64,000 nt of DNA from an uncultured Candidatus Saccharibacteria bacterium (GTDB lineage: Bacteria; Patescibacteriota; WWE3; 2-01-FULL-39-13), in contig OZ246395.1 in the NCBI GenBank assembly GCA_965230915.1, positions 728,935 to 792,934 of the forward strand, in the 5' to 3' direction. Position 1 is the stretch's first letter. Each line of letters begins with the position of its first letter. The notes under the pieces are model-generated. The model worked only from the letters and a program-made list of their open reading frames with translations. It was not told where the DNA came from and searched no databases. Of the stretch, positions 29,074 through 39,078 are shown piece after piece. The position numbers and the translations under genes are program-made.

Positions 29074-29640
29074 ATGAATAAGATCCCTTATGTAGTTGAA
29101 TACGTGGTTTTTGACCCAGCTAGTATTCCCTCAGACATCAAAAAATCCGAAGATTTAAAGAGACATATTCTGTCTAAAGTACAGGGATCACCGGTTGAAC
29201 TCGCAGCAACCAACAGAATTGCTCTTTCTATGTTCATATTTAACGTAATGCATCAGGTGTGTCCCGAAGTCGTCTTAGCAACAAGCGAAGGAACAAAATA
29301 CCTGATCTATAGCCATATTGGCTATCCAATTTTTCATCCAGATGATGTAAACGAAGGTATATCAGTCAAAAATGACTTTAATATGACTAATGTTTATACA
29401 GAACATGAAATTATCGATCTAGAACGTATTTGGAAATCTTCTTACAACCAAGACTTTGAAGGCAAACTAAAAGAATCATTAGCCGTTGTAAGATCTAAAA
29501 TAAAACGTACTTATAAAGCAACATTAATGGGAGATGCCCCACTTTTATTCATACTGGCGGCACAACATTTATTCGGAAACAATACAAAACAACTTTTTTA
29601 TCAACGAAACGAAAGTTCCGAACCAAAAAGGATCAAATAA
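29074..29640 (+). CDS. hypothetical protein, translationally coupled to the DEAH helicase
   Basis: Its stop overlaps the next ATG (TAATG). Confidence 0.6.
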   Translation: MNKIPYVVEYVVFDPASIPSDIKKSEDLKRHILSKVQGSPVELAATNRIALSMFIFNVMHQVCPEVVLATSEGTKYLIYSHIGYPIFHPDDVNEGISVKNDFNMTNVYTEHEIIDLERIWKSSYNQDFEGKLKESLAVVRSKIKRTYKATLMGDAPLLFILAAQHLFGNNTKQLFYQRNESSEPKRIK

Positions 29641-32381
29641 TGGCAGAACCAGGGGTACCAACTATAAATCCAGAGCCAAGTACAGAATTTCCACAGGAAT
29701 TAAGAGAACGGCTTTATGAAGTAATTCCATGTTTAGACAACGAAATATCCCAAGCACAACCTATCGCACAAAAGCAAAGAGAAATAATGAATTGCTTTGC
29801 CGATAGCCAAAACTCAGTTATTGTCGGTGACACTGGTTCAGGAAAAACAGTCACTACACCGATTTATCTCGAAAAATTCCAAGAAGTTGCCCTTGAAGCT
29901 GGGCTTGTTAGCGACGGACGAATCGTAGTTACATCCCCTACAAGAATTGCCACCACAGAAAACGCAAATGATATTTCAGCTGTATACGGAACCGCAGTAG
30001 GGGGCAAAGTTGGTTACCAAGTTGGAAAAACCAATAATCCCGCAGAAGCGAGTAAAGTATCAAGAGACACAAAAATTGTTGTCATGACCGAAAAAATTCT
30101 GTTGCTTATGATGGAAAGAGATCCTTTGTTAAGAGAGGTTTCAATATGGATGGCCGACGAAGCTCACAAAAGAACTTTAGACCTAGAAGCAATGATGGGT
30201 CACATACAAACTATAAATGAAAATAGAAAAAGGCAGGGTATACCTCCAATTAAAGTAGTAGCAACATCAGCAACAATTAAGGAAGATGACTTCACTAAAC
30301 ACTTGGCAGTAGATGGCAAACCGGCAGCTTTTGAAAAAGTCGAAGGAAGAGTTTATAAGGTTCATGAGTATTATGAATCTGAAACCCCAGACGAAACAAA
30401 TGGGGATTATATAGAAGCAGCTGCTCAAAAATTCACTGATATTTTAAACGGAGTCAATTGTCATATAAATGAAAAAACCCTTGACCCTAATGGAGACACC
30501 TTAATCTTTATGCCAGGAAAAGGCGAAATAGAAAAAACACATAAACTCCTTAAACAAAAACTTGGACCAAGATATAACGATTACGAGATTGTCGAATTAT
30601 ATGGAAGACGTCCTTTAACTAATGCGGAAAAACGAAGATTCGCAGCACATGCTGAAAAAGGACAGAAACCAAGAATATTTATAGCCACAGATATGGTAGA
30701 AACATCTGTTACTCTAAAAGGTGTCGTAAGAGTTATCGATACAGGATTAATCAAACAGAGTGAATATAATCCCGATACCGGAATATCCAAATTAGAAACA
30801 ATTAGACATTCAATAGCTGGTTTAAATCAGAGAAAAGGTCGCGCTGGTAGAGTCCAGGAAGGTATATGTTATCGCTTATTTACAGAAGAAGATCTTACTA
30901 ATGGCCGCCTTGAATTTACGAAACCAGAAATAGAGCGTTCAGACCTAGGATTAGTTGTTCTTAAATTACTAAAACTTGGGGTCAAAAATCCTGCGCAATT
31001 CGATTTTATTGAAAAGAATCCGGAAAAACGACTCCCACTGTTAGAATCTGTGCGAAGATCCCTCAGAAACTTAAGGGTTATAAACGCAGTCGATAGAAAC
31101 GGCATAACCGCAGAAGGTCGAATAATCGATGAAATCGGAGCAAGACCAGAATACGGGAAAATGTTAATAGAAGCCGCCAAACGAGGTGTTGCCGCAGCAA
31201 TGATAGATACTCTAAGAATTCCTATTTCAAAAGCGTTTATGTTCTTGAAACCTCCAGAAGAGGAAGCTAAAGCTGACAAAGAAAAGAGAGAAGCACGCCA
31301 AAAGTCTTTAGGCTCACAAACAGGTTCTGATTTCTTAAAAGCTAGAAATACTTGGTGGAAATATATCGAAAACAACCGCAATGCAACCCTAGACGACTGG
31401 ATCTCTTTCAACTTTTTAAACCGTGGAATTTTTACCGAAGCTGAAAAGAATGGAAACGATTTAATGGAGACTTTGCGAGAATTAGTTCCTCCTATACTTG
31501 CCGAAAATACATGCCCACCTGAACAGCTGGACGAAAACTTACAAAAAGCTATAGCCGCAGGCTTAATAGGAACTTTAATGTTCAGATCTGATCCGAAACA
31601 GTTAGGAGAAAATGACAGAAACGTTTACTACGAAGAAGTTCTTCCTTACACTCAAGAGAAATCCAACATAACTTTATCGAATAGATCAATTGTTAGCGAT
31701 GCTCCATATAAAGGTTTCGTTGTAGCAGGCAAATTTGGCTCCGCAAAAGTAACCGTTGGACCCAAAATTAAAGTTGGCGAAGAGGTCGATGAAAAAGGAA
31801 AAAAGAAAGATAAAATGGATTTTGACCCAAGAAGAAAGAAAGAAATTCCAATTACTAGGGCTGAAATGCTTCAAGCAGTTCCTGCCGAGTGGCTGGAAGA
31901 AATTGCGCCTCACTTATTTGAACAACGGGTCGAAGATGTTCCATTTAATGATGGAGTTAAACGAACGATCCGAATATTTTTTAGAGGTACCGACAGACTT
32001 GTAATCGATCCTATCACAAAATTAGTCCCCAATATCGAATTAATAAGACAAAGAAGAGCTGCAGAATTTGCAGCAAGCCAAAGACAAGTACCAATAATTC
32101 CTGAACAGCCACAGCCTAGACCTAGACCATCCGTACCTGAACAAACACCGCCAGACGAACCCTATAATGATGATATGTTTAGAAGACCTGAAGACCGACG
32201 AACCAGGCCTACACCGCCAAATACAACAACGCCCCCACCAGCAAGACCGACTCCAACACCTGACAATGATAGTATGTTTAGAAGGCCTACAAATCCTCCA
32301 CCACAGAACCCTCCACAAAGTGGTCAGAAACCTAAAGGTATACGTGGATTTTTAATGGGAAATCGTGGAAAGAAAAGCTAA
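29640..32381 (+). CDS. DEAH/RHA-family ATP-dependent RNA helicase with a Pro-rich tail
   Basis: GDTGSGKT, DEAH, SAT, LIFMPG, TDMVETSVT, QRKGRAGR, CYRLF, PEIER. Confidence 0.88.
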   Translation: MAEPGVPTINPEPSTEFPQELRERLYEVIPCLDNEISQAQPIAQKQREIMNCFADSQNSVIVGDTGSGKTVTTPIYLEKFQEVALEAGLVSDGRIVVTSPTRIATTENANDISAVYGTAVGGKVGYQVGKTNNPAEASKVSRDTKIVVMTEKILLLMMERDPLLREVSIWMADEAHKRTLDLEAMMGHIQTINENRKRQGIPPIKVVATSATIKEDDFTKHLAVDGKPAAFEKVEGRVYKVHEYYESETPDETNGDYIEAAAQKFTDILNGVNCHINEKTLDPNGDTLIFMPGKGEIEKTHKLLKQKLGPRYNDYEIVELYGRRPLTNAEKRRFAAHAEKGQKPRIFIATDMVETSVTLKGVVRVIDTGLIKQSEYNPDTGISKLETIRHSIAGLNQRKGRAGRVQEGICYRLFTEEDLTNGRLEFTKPEIERSDLGLVVLKLLKLGVKNPAQFDFIEKNPEKRLPLLESVRRSLRNLRVINAVDRNGITAEGRIIDEIGARPEYGKMLIEAAKRGVAAAMIDTLRIPISKAFMFLKPPEEEAKADKEKREARQKSLGSQTGSDFLKARNTWWKYIENNRNATLDDWISFNFLNRGIFTEAEKNGNDLMETLRELVPPILAENTCPPEQLDENLQKAIAAGLIGTLMFRSDPKQLGENDRNVYYEEVLPYTQEKSNITLSNRSIVSDAPYKGFVVAGKFGSAKVTVGPKIKVGEEVDEKGKKKDKMDFDPRRKKEIPITRAEMLQAVPAEWLEEIAPHLFEQRVEDVPFNDGVKRTIRIFFRGTDRLVIDPITKLVPNIELIRQRRAAEFAASQRQVPIIPEQPQPRPRPSVPEQTPPDEPYNDDMFRRPEDRRTRPTPPNTTTPPPARPTPTPDNDSMFRRPTNPPPQNPPQSGQKPKGIRGFLMGNRGKKS

Positions 32382-32382
32382 A

Positions 32383-32459
32383 TGGTCGGGGTGGCAGGAC
32401 TTGAACCTGCGACCTCACGCACCCCATGCGTACGCGCTAGCCAACTGCGCTACACCCCG
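32383..32459 (-). tRNA. tRNA-Pro (GGG)
   Basis: CGGGGTG/CACCCCG acceptor stem, anticodon loop ATGGGGT, GGTTCAAGTCC, CCA end. Confidence 0.95.
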
Positions 32460-32581
32460 GAATAGTATTCAAATTTATTCATCGAAATTTCGCACCCTGG
32501 CGAATTTCCCAAAATAAATTTAAATCCAATCTGCATATTATACCCTAACAAAACATTTCAATATCAGTTAGTATTGCGATT

Positions 32582-33190
32582 ATGACCGAAAAAATCATGG
32601 GCCACTACAGAGCCATAGATCCAAAAATTTATAGTGTAATGAAAGATCTAAACTACAAAGACTGGCTGCAAGAATCTGATACAAGATCAGAAAACTATTT
32701 TCTTTCTTTATGCTCATCAATAGTTGGACAACAATTATCGACTAAGGCCGCACGGGCAATTCGCGAAAAATTCTTGAATTTATTTTCGGATAAAAATCCC
32801 ACACCTGATGCAATTCTTGCAATAGACGATCAAATAATTCGTGACGCAGGTCTATCTTGGGCCAAAATAAAATATATTAAAGACCTTTCACAAAAAGTGA
32901 AAAATAAAGAAATTCACTTGGAGAAACTGTCTGAACTTTCAGATGAAGAAGTTATTTCCGAACTAATTAAGGTTAAGGGAATAGGTCGATGGACCGCGGA
33001 AATGTTTCTGATGTTTACCCTACGCCGTGAAGACATTTTTTCGTTCGGTGATCTCGGACTAAATAAGGGATTTCAAAAGGTTTATGGAATCGAAAATCCA
33101 ACGATCGATCAAATTAATGAAGTAATATTAAAATGGGCCCCATATAAATCTTACGGATCTATCGCACTCTGGCATAGCCTCGAAATTTGA
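32582..33190 (+). CDS. alkA: DNA-3-methyladenine glycosylase II (HhH-GPD)
   Basis: SIVGQQLSTKAA, VKGIGRWTAEMFLMF, DLGL, WAPYKS. Confidence 0.88.
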   Translation: MTEKIMGHYRAIDPKIYSVMKDLNYKDWLQESDTRSENYFLSLCSSIVGQQLSTKAARAIREKFLNLFSDKNPTPDAILAIDDQIIRDAGLSWAKIKYIKDLSQKVKNKEIHLEKLSELSDEEVISELIKVKGIGRWTAEMFLMFTLRREDIFSFGDLGLNKGFQKVYGIENPTIDQINEVILKWAPYKSYGSIALWHSLEI

Positions 33191-33231
33191 AAAAGCTCAA
33201 TTCGCTACTATTTTAAATGCCAAAAATAATC

Positions 33232-33259
33232 AAAAAAGGGAAGCCAAAGCTTCCCTTTT
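33232..33259. terminator. bidirectional intrinsic terminator between alkA and rpsI
   Basis: AAAAAAGGGAAGC-CAAA-GCTTCCCTTTT. Confidence 0.85.
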
Positions 33260-33284
33260 AAAAATCCTAATGTAATTAGACCCT

Positions 33285-33713
33285 TTAACGTTTTGAGTAT
33301 TGAGGTCTCTTTCTTGCTTTTGTTAAGAAAGGTTTCTTTCTTTCGACTTCTCTTGAATCGCGAGTAACAAGATCATTTGATCTTAGAACTGCTTTAAAAG
33401 TTGGATCTTGAGCGATTAATGCGCGAGCGATTCCAAGTCTAACGGCTTCTAATTGTCCTTTTGGACCTCCACCGTGAACTTTAATAGTTGCGCTATATTT
33501 AGCTTGTGGATGTGAAACTCCTACTGCATGAAATGGTTTTACCCATTCTAATGTGTCATCAGCATCTGTAAAGTAATCTTTGGCTGGTTTACCGTTTATT
33601 GTGAAATCACCTTTTTCTGCGTATAACCAGACTCTGGCAACCGATCTTTTTCTGCGACCTGTACCTGAGAAAAAATTAGCTTTTTTAGATTTTTTTTCTG
33701 CTTTTTCTGCCAT
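33285..33713 (-). CDS. rpsI: 30S ribosomal protein S9
   Basis: GTGRRKRSVARV, GGGPKGQ, C-terminal ARKRPQYSKR. Confidence 0.97.
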   Translation of the reverse strand: MAEKAEKKSKKANFFSGTGRRKRSVARVWLYAEKGDFTINGKPAKDYFTDADDTLEWVKPFHAVGVSHPQAKYSATIKVHGGGPKGQLEAVRLGIARALIAQDPTFKAVLRSNDLVTRDSREVERKKPFLTKARKRPQYSKR

Positions 33714-33721
33714 ATTATTTA

Positions 33722-34171
33722 TTAATTATTTTCGCTTGTAGCAACTGATTCACTATTTCCAGCTACTTGTCCTTGATGTGGATGCTCTGCCCCAACATAC
33801 AAATATAAGTTAGCCAATCTGTCATTTCTTAATTTATTCTTTGGAAGCATTCCTTTTACGGCTTCATGAATAATTTTCTTTGGAGTATCTTTTCTTGTTT
33901 GAGCAACACTCTTCATCTTAAAGTTTCCGACTTGTCCAGAGTGGATAGGATACATTTTATCAAGTTCTTTGTTTCCGGTTAAAGCAACTTTTTCTACGTT
34001 TGTTACAACGATTTTATCTCCAGATACTAAATATGGAGCATAATTTGGTTTGTGCTTACCAATAAGTAATACTGCGATATCAGCAGCTAATCTACCAAGA
34101 ACTTTTCCTTCTGCATCAATATGATGCCATTCTGGTTTTAATTCAATTTTTGTTGACGAATGTGTTTTCAT
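33722..34171 (-). CDS. rplM: 50S ribosomal protein L13
   Basis: WHHIDAEGKVLGRLA, GKHKP, AVKGMLPKN. Confidence 0.97.
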   Translation of the reverse strand: MKTHSSTKIELKPEWHHIDAEGKVLGRLAADIAVLLIGKHKPNYAPYLVSGDKIVVTNVEKVALTGNKELDKMYPIHSGQVGNFKMKSVAQTRKDTPKKIIHEAVKGMLPKNKLRNDRLANLYLYVGAEHPHQGQVAGNSESVATSENN

Positions 34172-34173
34172 TT

Positions 34174-34671
34174 TTATTTAGATTCACTTGCACTAGCAAC
34201 TTCTTTAGCTTTTTTAGGAGCTTTTGCTGGTTTAGCAGCTTTAGTCTCGCTTGCACTCGCTTGGCGGGTGTTTTTAGCTTCTTCTTTTTTTGCTGGCTTT
34301 TCTAGCTTAGCTGGTTTTTCAACTAAAGATAATACAGCCATTTGAGTCATATCTCCTTTTCTTACGAAAGATCTTTGGATTCTTGTGTATCCACCTGATC
34401 TTGCACCAAGTCTAGGACCGATATCGCTCAAAAGTTTTTCTACAAGCTCTGTATCTTGTAATTTAGAGATTAATCTTCTTCTATTAGCTAATGTGTTTGT
34501 TTTAGCTATAGTTAACATCTTTTCTGCCTCAGGTCTTACAGCTTTAGCTTTTGCTAAAGTGGTTTCGATCTTTTCATGCATGAATAAACTTCTAGCTAAA
34601 CCTAATACTAAGGCTTTGCGCGCTGCAGGAGTTCTATTAAATTTTGAAACTTTTGTTTGTCTATGTTTCAT
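34174..34671 (-). CDS. rplQ: 50S ribosomal protein L17 with Lys/Ala-rich tail
   Basis: MKHR, IETTLAKAK, RSGGYTRI. Confidence 0.96.
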   Translation of the reverse strand: MKHRQTKVSKFNRTPAARKALVLGLARSLFMHEKIETTLAKAKAVRPEAEKMLTIAKTNTLANRRRLISKLQDTELVEKLLSDIGPRLGARSGGYTRIQRSFVRKGDMTQMAVLSLVEKPAKLEKPAKKEEAKNTRQASASETKAAKPAKAPKKAKEVASASESK

Positions 34672-34708
34672 AATTGTTTCCTTTAGCAGGACAACTCAGG
34701 CAGAACTA

Positions 34709-35647
34709 TTATTTAAGTCCTTCTCTTTCCAATAGAGATAAAATTTCTCTAATAGATTTTTCACCTAAATTTCTTACTCTTAATAAATCATCTTCTGATC
34801 TATCTGCTAAATCTCCAAGTGTTTTAATACCTGATTTTCTTAAAGCATTGATAGTTCTTGTTGGCAAGTGAAGTTCTTCTAAAGCAACTTCATCAGCTTG
34901 CATTTTTGGTTGACCAGCTGATGCCTGATCTGCAACTACTTCCATTTCAGTATCCTGTTCTGGAGTGTAATCCTGACCAGTTTGAACTTTATAGAAGAAT
35001 TCTTTTAATACTTTTGATGCATTTCTTACAGCTTCTTCTGGATCTGCCGTTCCGTCTGTTAAAACTTCTAAAGTTAATTTATCGAAGTTTGTATCTCTTC
35101 CTACGCGAGTATCTTCTACAGATACGGTGACATTAACAATTGGTGAATAGTTAGCATCTAGTGCTATAACTCCAATTGGAGTAGTCTCGCCTTCTTCTAC
35201 CGGGATATATCCATATCCGCTAGAAATAGTGATTTTAGCTTTTAGCTTATCTTTTTTAGTAGCTAAAGTTGTTATAAGCAAATCTTTGTTGATAATTTCT
35301 ACGCCTGATTCAGTTTCAATATCTCCAGCTTTTACATCTCCCGGGCCTGTAACATCTAAGTCTAAAACAACATCACCTTCGATTTGTTTTTTGATTCTGA
35401 TTTTCTTCATGTTTAACAACATGTGTAAAACATCGTCGTTTGCCCCGCTTATAGTGGAGAACTGATGTGAAACACCATCAAAAGATACTCTTGTTATTGC
35501 AGCACCTGGCGTTGCAGAGTATAAAGTGCGTCTTATGGCACTTCCAATTGTATGGCCAAACCCCTTGATAAGTGGAGTTATTTCAAAAACACCTTTTCGG
35601 CCATCATTTTCGATGACTTTAAAATTTACTTGGTGAATATTAAACAT
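34709..35647 (-). CDS. rpoA: RNA polymerase alpha subunit
   Basis: PLIKGFGHTIG..RR, HQFSTI, RTINAL, RNLGEKS. Confidence 0.97.
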   Translation of the reverse strand: MFNIHQVNFKVIENDGRKGVFEITPLIKGFGHTIGSAIRRTLYSATPGAAITRVSFDGVSHQFSTISGANDDVLHMLLNMKKIRIKKQIEGDVVLDLDVTGPGDVKAGDIETESGVEIINKDLLITTLATKKDKLKAKITISSGYGYIPVEEGETTPIGVIALDANYSPIVNVTVSVEDTRVGRDTNFDKLTLEVLTDGTADPEEAVRNASKVLKEFFYKVQTGQDYTPEQDTEMEVVADQASAGQPKMQADEVALEELHLPTRTINALRKSGIKTLGDLADRSEDDLLRVRNLGEKSIREILSLLEREGLK

Positions 35648-35699
35648 TTGTTTTAATCCTTTTTGCCCAGGCGAAAGTAAGAACTACTTATTCTTATCT

Positions 35700-36299
35700 T
35701 TAGCGTGAGTAATATTCAACTATTAGTTGCTCATTAATTTCTATATTAATGTCTTCACGAACAGGCAGTCTAGTGATAACAATACTTTTATTCGATGCAT
35801 CCCAGTTTAGCCATTCTGGCATATCGTTATCTTCTTTAGGTTTTGTTTCAATTCCATCAATAGTTATCACATCATTTGGTCTAACTTGATATGAAGGAAT
35901 ATCAATAACGTTTCCGTTAACTTTAACTTTTTTACTTCCGACTAGCTTTCTAGCTGCAGCATTTGACGGAGCTAATCCACCTTTTGCAACAACATTATCT
36001 AATCTGGTTTCTAAAATCTGTAAAAGTACTAAACCTGTAACTCCCTGAACTTTTGCTGCATTTTCATAATATCTTCTAAATTGAGTCTCTAATACTCCAT
36101 AAATTCTTTTTACTTTCTGTTTCTCTCTTAATTGTCTTCCATAGTCAGATAATCTTCTAGCTGATTTGAAGTTTTCTCCAGGAACCTGGTTTCTTCTAGA
36201 AACAGAACATTTTTCTGACATACAACGGCTTCCTTTTAAGAAAAGCTTCATGCCTTCGCGTCTACATAATTTACATTTTGGTCCTGCGTAGCGTGCCAT
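35700..36299 (-). CDS. rpsD: 30S ribosomal protein S4
   Basis: MARYAGPKCKLCRREG, LETRLDN, IVEYYSR; start overlaps the rpsK stop. Confidence 0.97.
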   Translation of the reverse strand: MARYAGPKCKLCRREGMKLFLKGSRCMSEKCSVSRRNQVPGENFKSARRLSDYGRQLREKQKVKRIYGVLETQFRRYYENAAKVQGVTGLVLLQILETRLDNVVAKGGLAPSNAAARKLVGSKKVKVNGNVIDIPSYQVRPNDVITIDGIETKPKEDNDMPEWLNWDASNKSIVITRLPVREDINIEINEQLIVEYYSR

Positions 36300-36715
36300 T
36301 ATACTCTTCTCCTCTTTCTTGGACGACAACCATTATGAGCAATTGGGGTTACGTCAACTATTTTATTAATTATTAGTCCGCCTGTTCTTAATGCTTTTAC
36401 ACATTGTGATTTTCCAGAACCAACACCTTTTATATAAGCTGTTACTTCTTTGATTCCTAATGCAACTGCTTTCTTGGCTGTGTTTTCACCAACAACAGAA
36501 GATGCATAAGGAGTAGATTTCTTTGAACCTTTAAAGTTGTTTCCACCTGCGGTTCCCCAGACTACTGTGTTACCTTCTAAATCGGTAATTGTTACAACTG
36601 TATTGTTGTATCCTGAAAATACATAAACTTTACCCATTGGCTGTACTTGCTTTACAGCTTTTGATGTTTTTGGTGTGTTTTTTTGTTTTGTTGCTACTGC
36701 TTTTTTAGTTGCCAT
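36299..36715 (-). CDS. rpsK: 30S ribosomal protein S11
   Basis: FKGSKKSTPYA, DVTPIAHNGCRP. Confidence 0.97.
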   Translation of the reverse strand: MATKKAVATKQKNTPKTSKAVKQVQPMGKVYVFSGYNNTVVTITDLEGNTVVWGTAGGNNFKGSKKSTPYASSVVGENTAKKAVALGIKEVTAYIKGVGSGKSQCVKALRTGGLIINKIVDVTPIAHNGCRPRKRRRV

Positions 36716-36739
36716 TTATATTAAATATTATTAAAACTT

Positions 36740-37129
36740 TTAGGTCTTAGTTGCTGCTTTTGGATTTGCTCCACCAACTGCTTTTCTCTTACCTCTACGT
36801 GTTCTTGCATTCTTTTGAGTCTTCTGCCCACGTGATGGCAAATTCTTAGCATGTCTTGAACCTCTATAACTTTGAATATCTCTTAATCTTTTTATATTTT
36901 GGCTGATTACTCTTCGAAGCTCTCCTTCTGCCATTATTTGTGATTTTTCAATTGCGTTTCTTATTGCAGCTAATTGAGTTTCGTCTAAATCTTTTGCTCT
37001 GATATCCTCTGAAACGTTAGCTTTCTTTAATAAATCTTTTGCGATTGCTGGTCCGATACCATAAATGTAAGTAAGTGAAATTACGATTCTTTTATTTTCT
37101 GGTATGTCGATTCCTAATAATCTTGGCAT
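36740..37129 (-). CDS. rpsM: 30S ribosomal protein S13
   Basis: LTYIYGIG, YRGSRH, NARTRRG. Confidence 0.97.
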   Translation of the reverse strand: MPRLLGIDIPENKRIVISLTYIYGIGPAIAKDLLKKANVSEDIRAKDLDETQLAAIRNAIEKSQIMAEGELRRVISQNIKRLRDIQSYRGSRHAKNLPSRGQKTQKNARTRRGKRKAVGGANPKAATKT

Positions 37130-37135
37130 TTTGAT

Positions 37136-37252
37136 TTATCCTTGTCTTTGTTTATGCTTTGGGTTAGCACTACAAATAATATAAACTCTACCTTTTCTAC
37201 GAGCTATCTTACAGTGTCTACAAATTTTAGTTACGCTTGCACGTACTTTCAT
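37136..37252 (-). CDS. rpmJ: 50S ribosomal protein L36 (not in the ORF track)
   Basis: Translated by hand: [38 protein letters not shown]. Confidence 0.95.
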   Translation of the reverse strand: MKVRASVTKICRHCKIARRKGRVYIICSANPKHKQRQG

Positions 37253-37300
37253 ATCAATAATTAATAAATTAAAAACTCATTCTAAGCTTAAAGCCTAAAA

Positions 37301-37519
37301 TTATTTATAACGATAGGTGATGCGGCAGTTATTTGGATCGTACTCACTAAATTCGAGTTTGACCTTATCACCAGGCAAAATCCATATTCTATGCTTACGC
37401 ATTTTGCCGGATAGATACCCCGTTACTTCTGTGCCATCTTCTAACTTCACGATAAATTTTCCACCTGGCAGAGCTTCTAATACAACTCCATCCTTTTCTA
37501 TAAATTCCTTATTTGCCAT
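37301..37519 (-). CDS. infA: translation initiation factor IF-1
   Basis: EALPG, SGKMRKHRIWILPGDKV, RITYR. Confidence 0.96.
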   Translation of the reverse strand: MANKEFIEKDGVVLEALPGGKFIVKLEDGTEVTGYLSGKMRKHRIWILPGDKVKLEFSEYDPNNCRITYRYK

Positions 37520-37609
37520 TAAATTTGTTTACCAAGTTAGCGTTTGTGCCAAAGGCAATAAGCCACTATTGGCATGCTCCTTTGCACTGCACAATTTTAG
37601 CATAAATGC

Positions 37610-38395
37610 TTAATTGGTCAATATTTTTGGACCATTTTGGGTCACAACAACTGTATGTTCAAACATGCCAGAAATTGCCCCATCCGCGGTCACGATACCC
37701 CAGCCGTCTTCGGCTGTTTCAATCTTAGGATTCCCCATAGTATACATGATTTCGATAGCTAGAACCATTGATTCTCTTAATATTGGGCCCGCACCTGGAG
37801 TCCCATAACAAAGAATCTGGGGATCTTCGTGGGCGGTATGACCAACTCCGTGACCTGCAAAATCTCGTATTACAGAATATCCATTGGATTCAGCGTTTAC
37901 CTGCATGGCAGCTGAAATATCTCCCGTTCTCTTACCGATCTGAGCCTGTTCGATAGCCTTAAATACAGCATTTTCGCCGGCTTTTAAAAAGTCTTCTACT
38001 TCTTTGCCCGCACCTTGGTATGCACCCCGAATGTCTTCGCGTGTAGCGTTTTCTGGCATTGCCACAACAGACCAACAGTTATCAAGGTATAAACCTCTAT
38101 ACTTGACTCCAATATCAACTGAAACAACATCGCCCTGTTTTAATACCTGATCACCAGGAATACCGTGTAGCCAAACATCATTTACAGAAATACATGAGTT
38201 AGCCGGATAACTATCAACTTCAGGAAACCAAGGTTCAACGCCATTTTCAACCATCATTTTTCCGATTTCTTTGTCTATATCAGCTAAAATCGCACCGGGG
38301 ACACATCTTCTAAGTGCTTCATCTAGAATTTTCTTTGAAATTTTACCTCCTTCGGTAAGGATATCTAAATCCTCTTTTGATTTAATGCTTATCAT
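37610..38395 (-). CDS. map: methionine aminopeptidase type I
   Basis: CISVND..HGIP, GHGVG..HEDP, LAIE, FEHT. Confidence 0.93.
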   Translation of the reverse strand: MISIKSKEDLDILTEGGKISKKILDEALRRCVPGAILADIDKEIGKMMVENGVEPWFPEVDSYPANSCISVNDVWLHGIPGDQVLKQGDVVSVDIGVKYRGLYLDNCWSVVAMPENATREDIRGAYQGAGKEVEDFLKAGENAVFKAIEQAQIGKRTGDISAAMQVNAESNGYSVIRDFAGHGVGHTAHEDPQILCYGTPGAGPILRESMVLAIEIMYTMGNPKIETAEDGWGIVTADGAISGMFEHTVVVTQNGPKILTN

Positions 38396-38430
38396 TTGGT
38401 TTGATGCAGGATTCTTCTAATTTCGATGGC

Positions 38431-39021
38431 TTACTTAGAGCCCCTATCTTTTGAAGCAAAATAAGTTTGTAGGTCAGATTGTATATCTTCTATCGATCTT
38501 TCGCCATCAATTCTCCGTAGAACCCCCATTTTCTCATATTCTTCTAAAAGTGGCTCTGTCTCTTTATGGTAAATACTGAGGCGAGTTTTTATAGCTTCTT
38601 CTGTTTCATCTAATCGTTTTTCGGTTTCGGCTCTAATTTTTATACGACGCATGCATTCTTCTTCAGAAACATCAAAATAAAGGACATGAATTATCAGCCA
38701 GTCTTTCATATCTAAAAATCCTAAAAAGTCTTTTAGCTGTTCAACATTCCTTGGGTAACCATCCAGGACAAATCCTTTTGTGTCTTCGCGCTCAAGAATA
38801 GGATACAAAATCTCTTCCATCAATTCATCAGGAACTAGCTCACCTTTTATCCAATAAGCACTTAGCTTCTTGCCAATTGGGTTATCAGCTTCGCTTAATC
38901 TTCTTAATAATTTTCCAGAGGAAATAAATTTGTAATCAATATGTTCGGCAAGAAGCTTTGCCTGTGTAGATTTGCCTGAACTCTGAGGTCCAAGTATTAG
39001 TACAAAGTTTTTATGTTGCAT
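38431..39021 (-). CDS. adk: adenylate kinase (short LID type)
   Basis: GPQSSGKSTQA, GELVPD, GFVLDGYPR. Confidence 0.88.
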   Translation of the reverse strand: MQHKNFVLILGPQSSGKSTQAKLLAEHIDYKFISSGKLLRRLSEADNPIGKKLSAYWIKGELVPDELMEEILYPILEREDTKGFVLDGYPRNVEQLKDFLGFLDMKDWLIIHVLYFDVSEEECMRRIKIRAETEKRLDETEEAIKTRLSIYHKETEPLLEEYEKMGVLRRIDGERSIEDIQSDLQTYFASKDRGSK

Positions 39022-39078
39022 CAGTAGAATCAGTATAACAGCTTTGCCCTCATGGCATCAAAATTAAAATTTTGATGA

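Noticed and set aside
32471-32521. Imperfect palindrome upstream of tRNA-Pro (AAATTTATT...GAAATTTCGC/GCGAATTTC...AATAAATTT)
   Set aside because: Single AT-rich hairpin, plausibly part of the tRNA precursor leader; no further support for a distinct element
33180-33230. Possible fourth copy of the r-protein leader motif (TCGC-TAC-TATTTT...AAAATA)
   Set aside because: It is on the opposite strand, lacks AGAC-GCGA, pairs imperfectly and precedes no start codon; kept only as a hint that the motif could be a dispersed repeat
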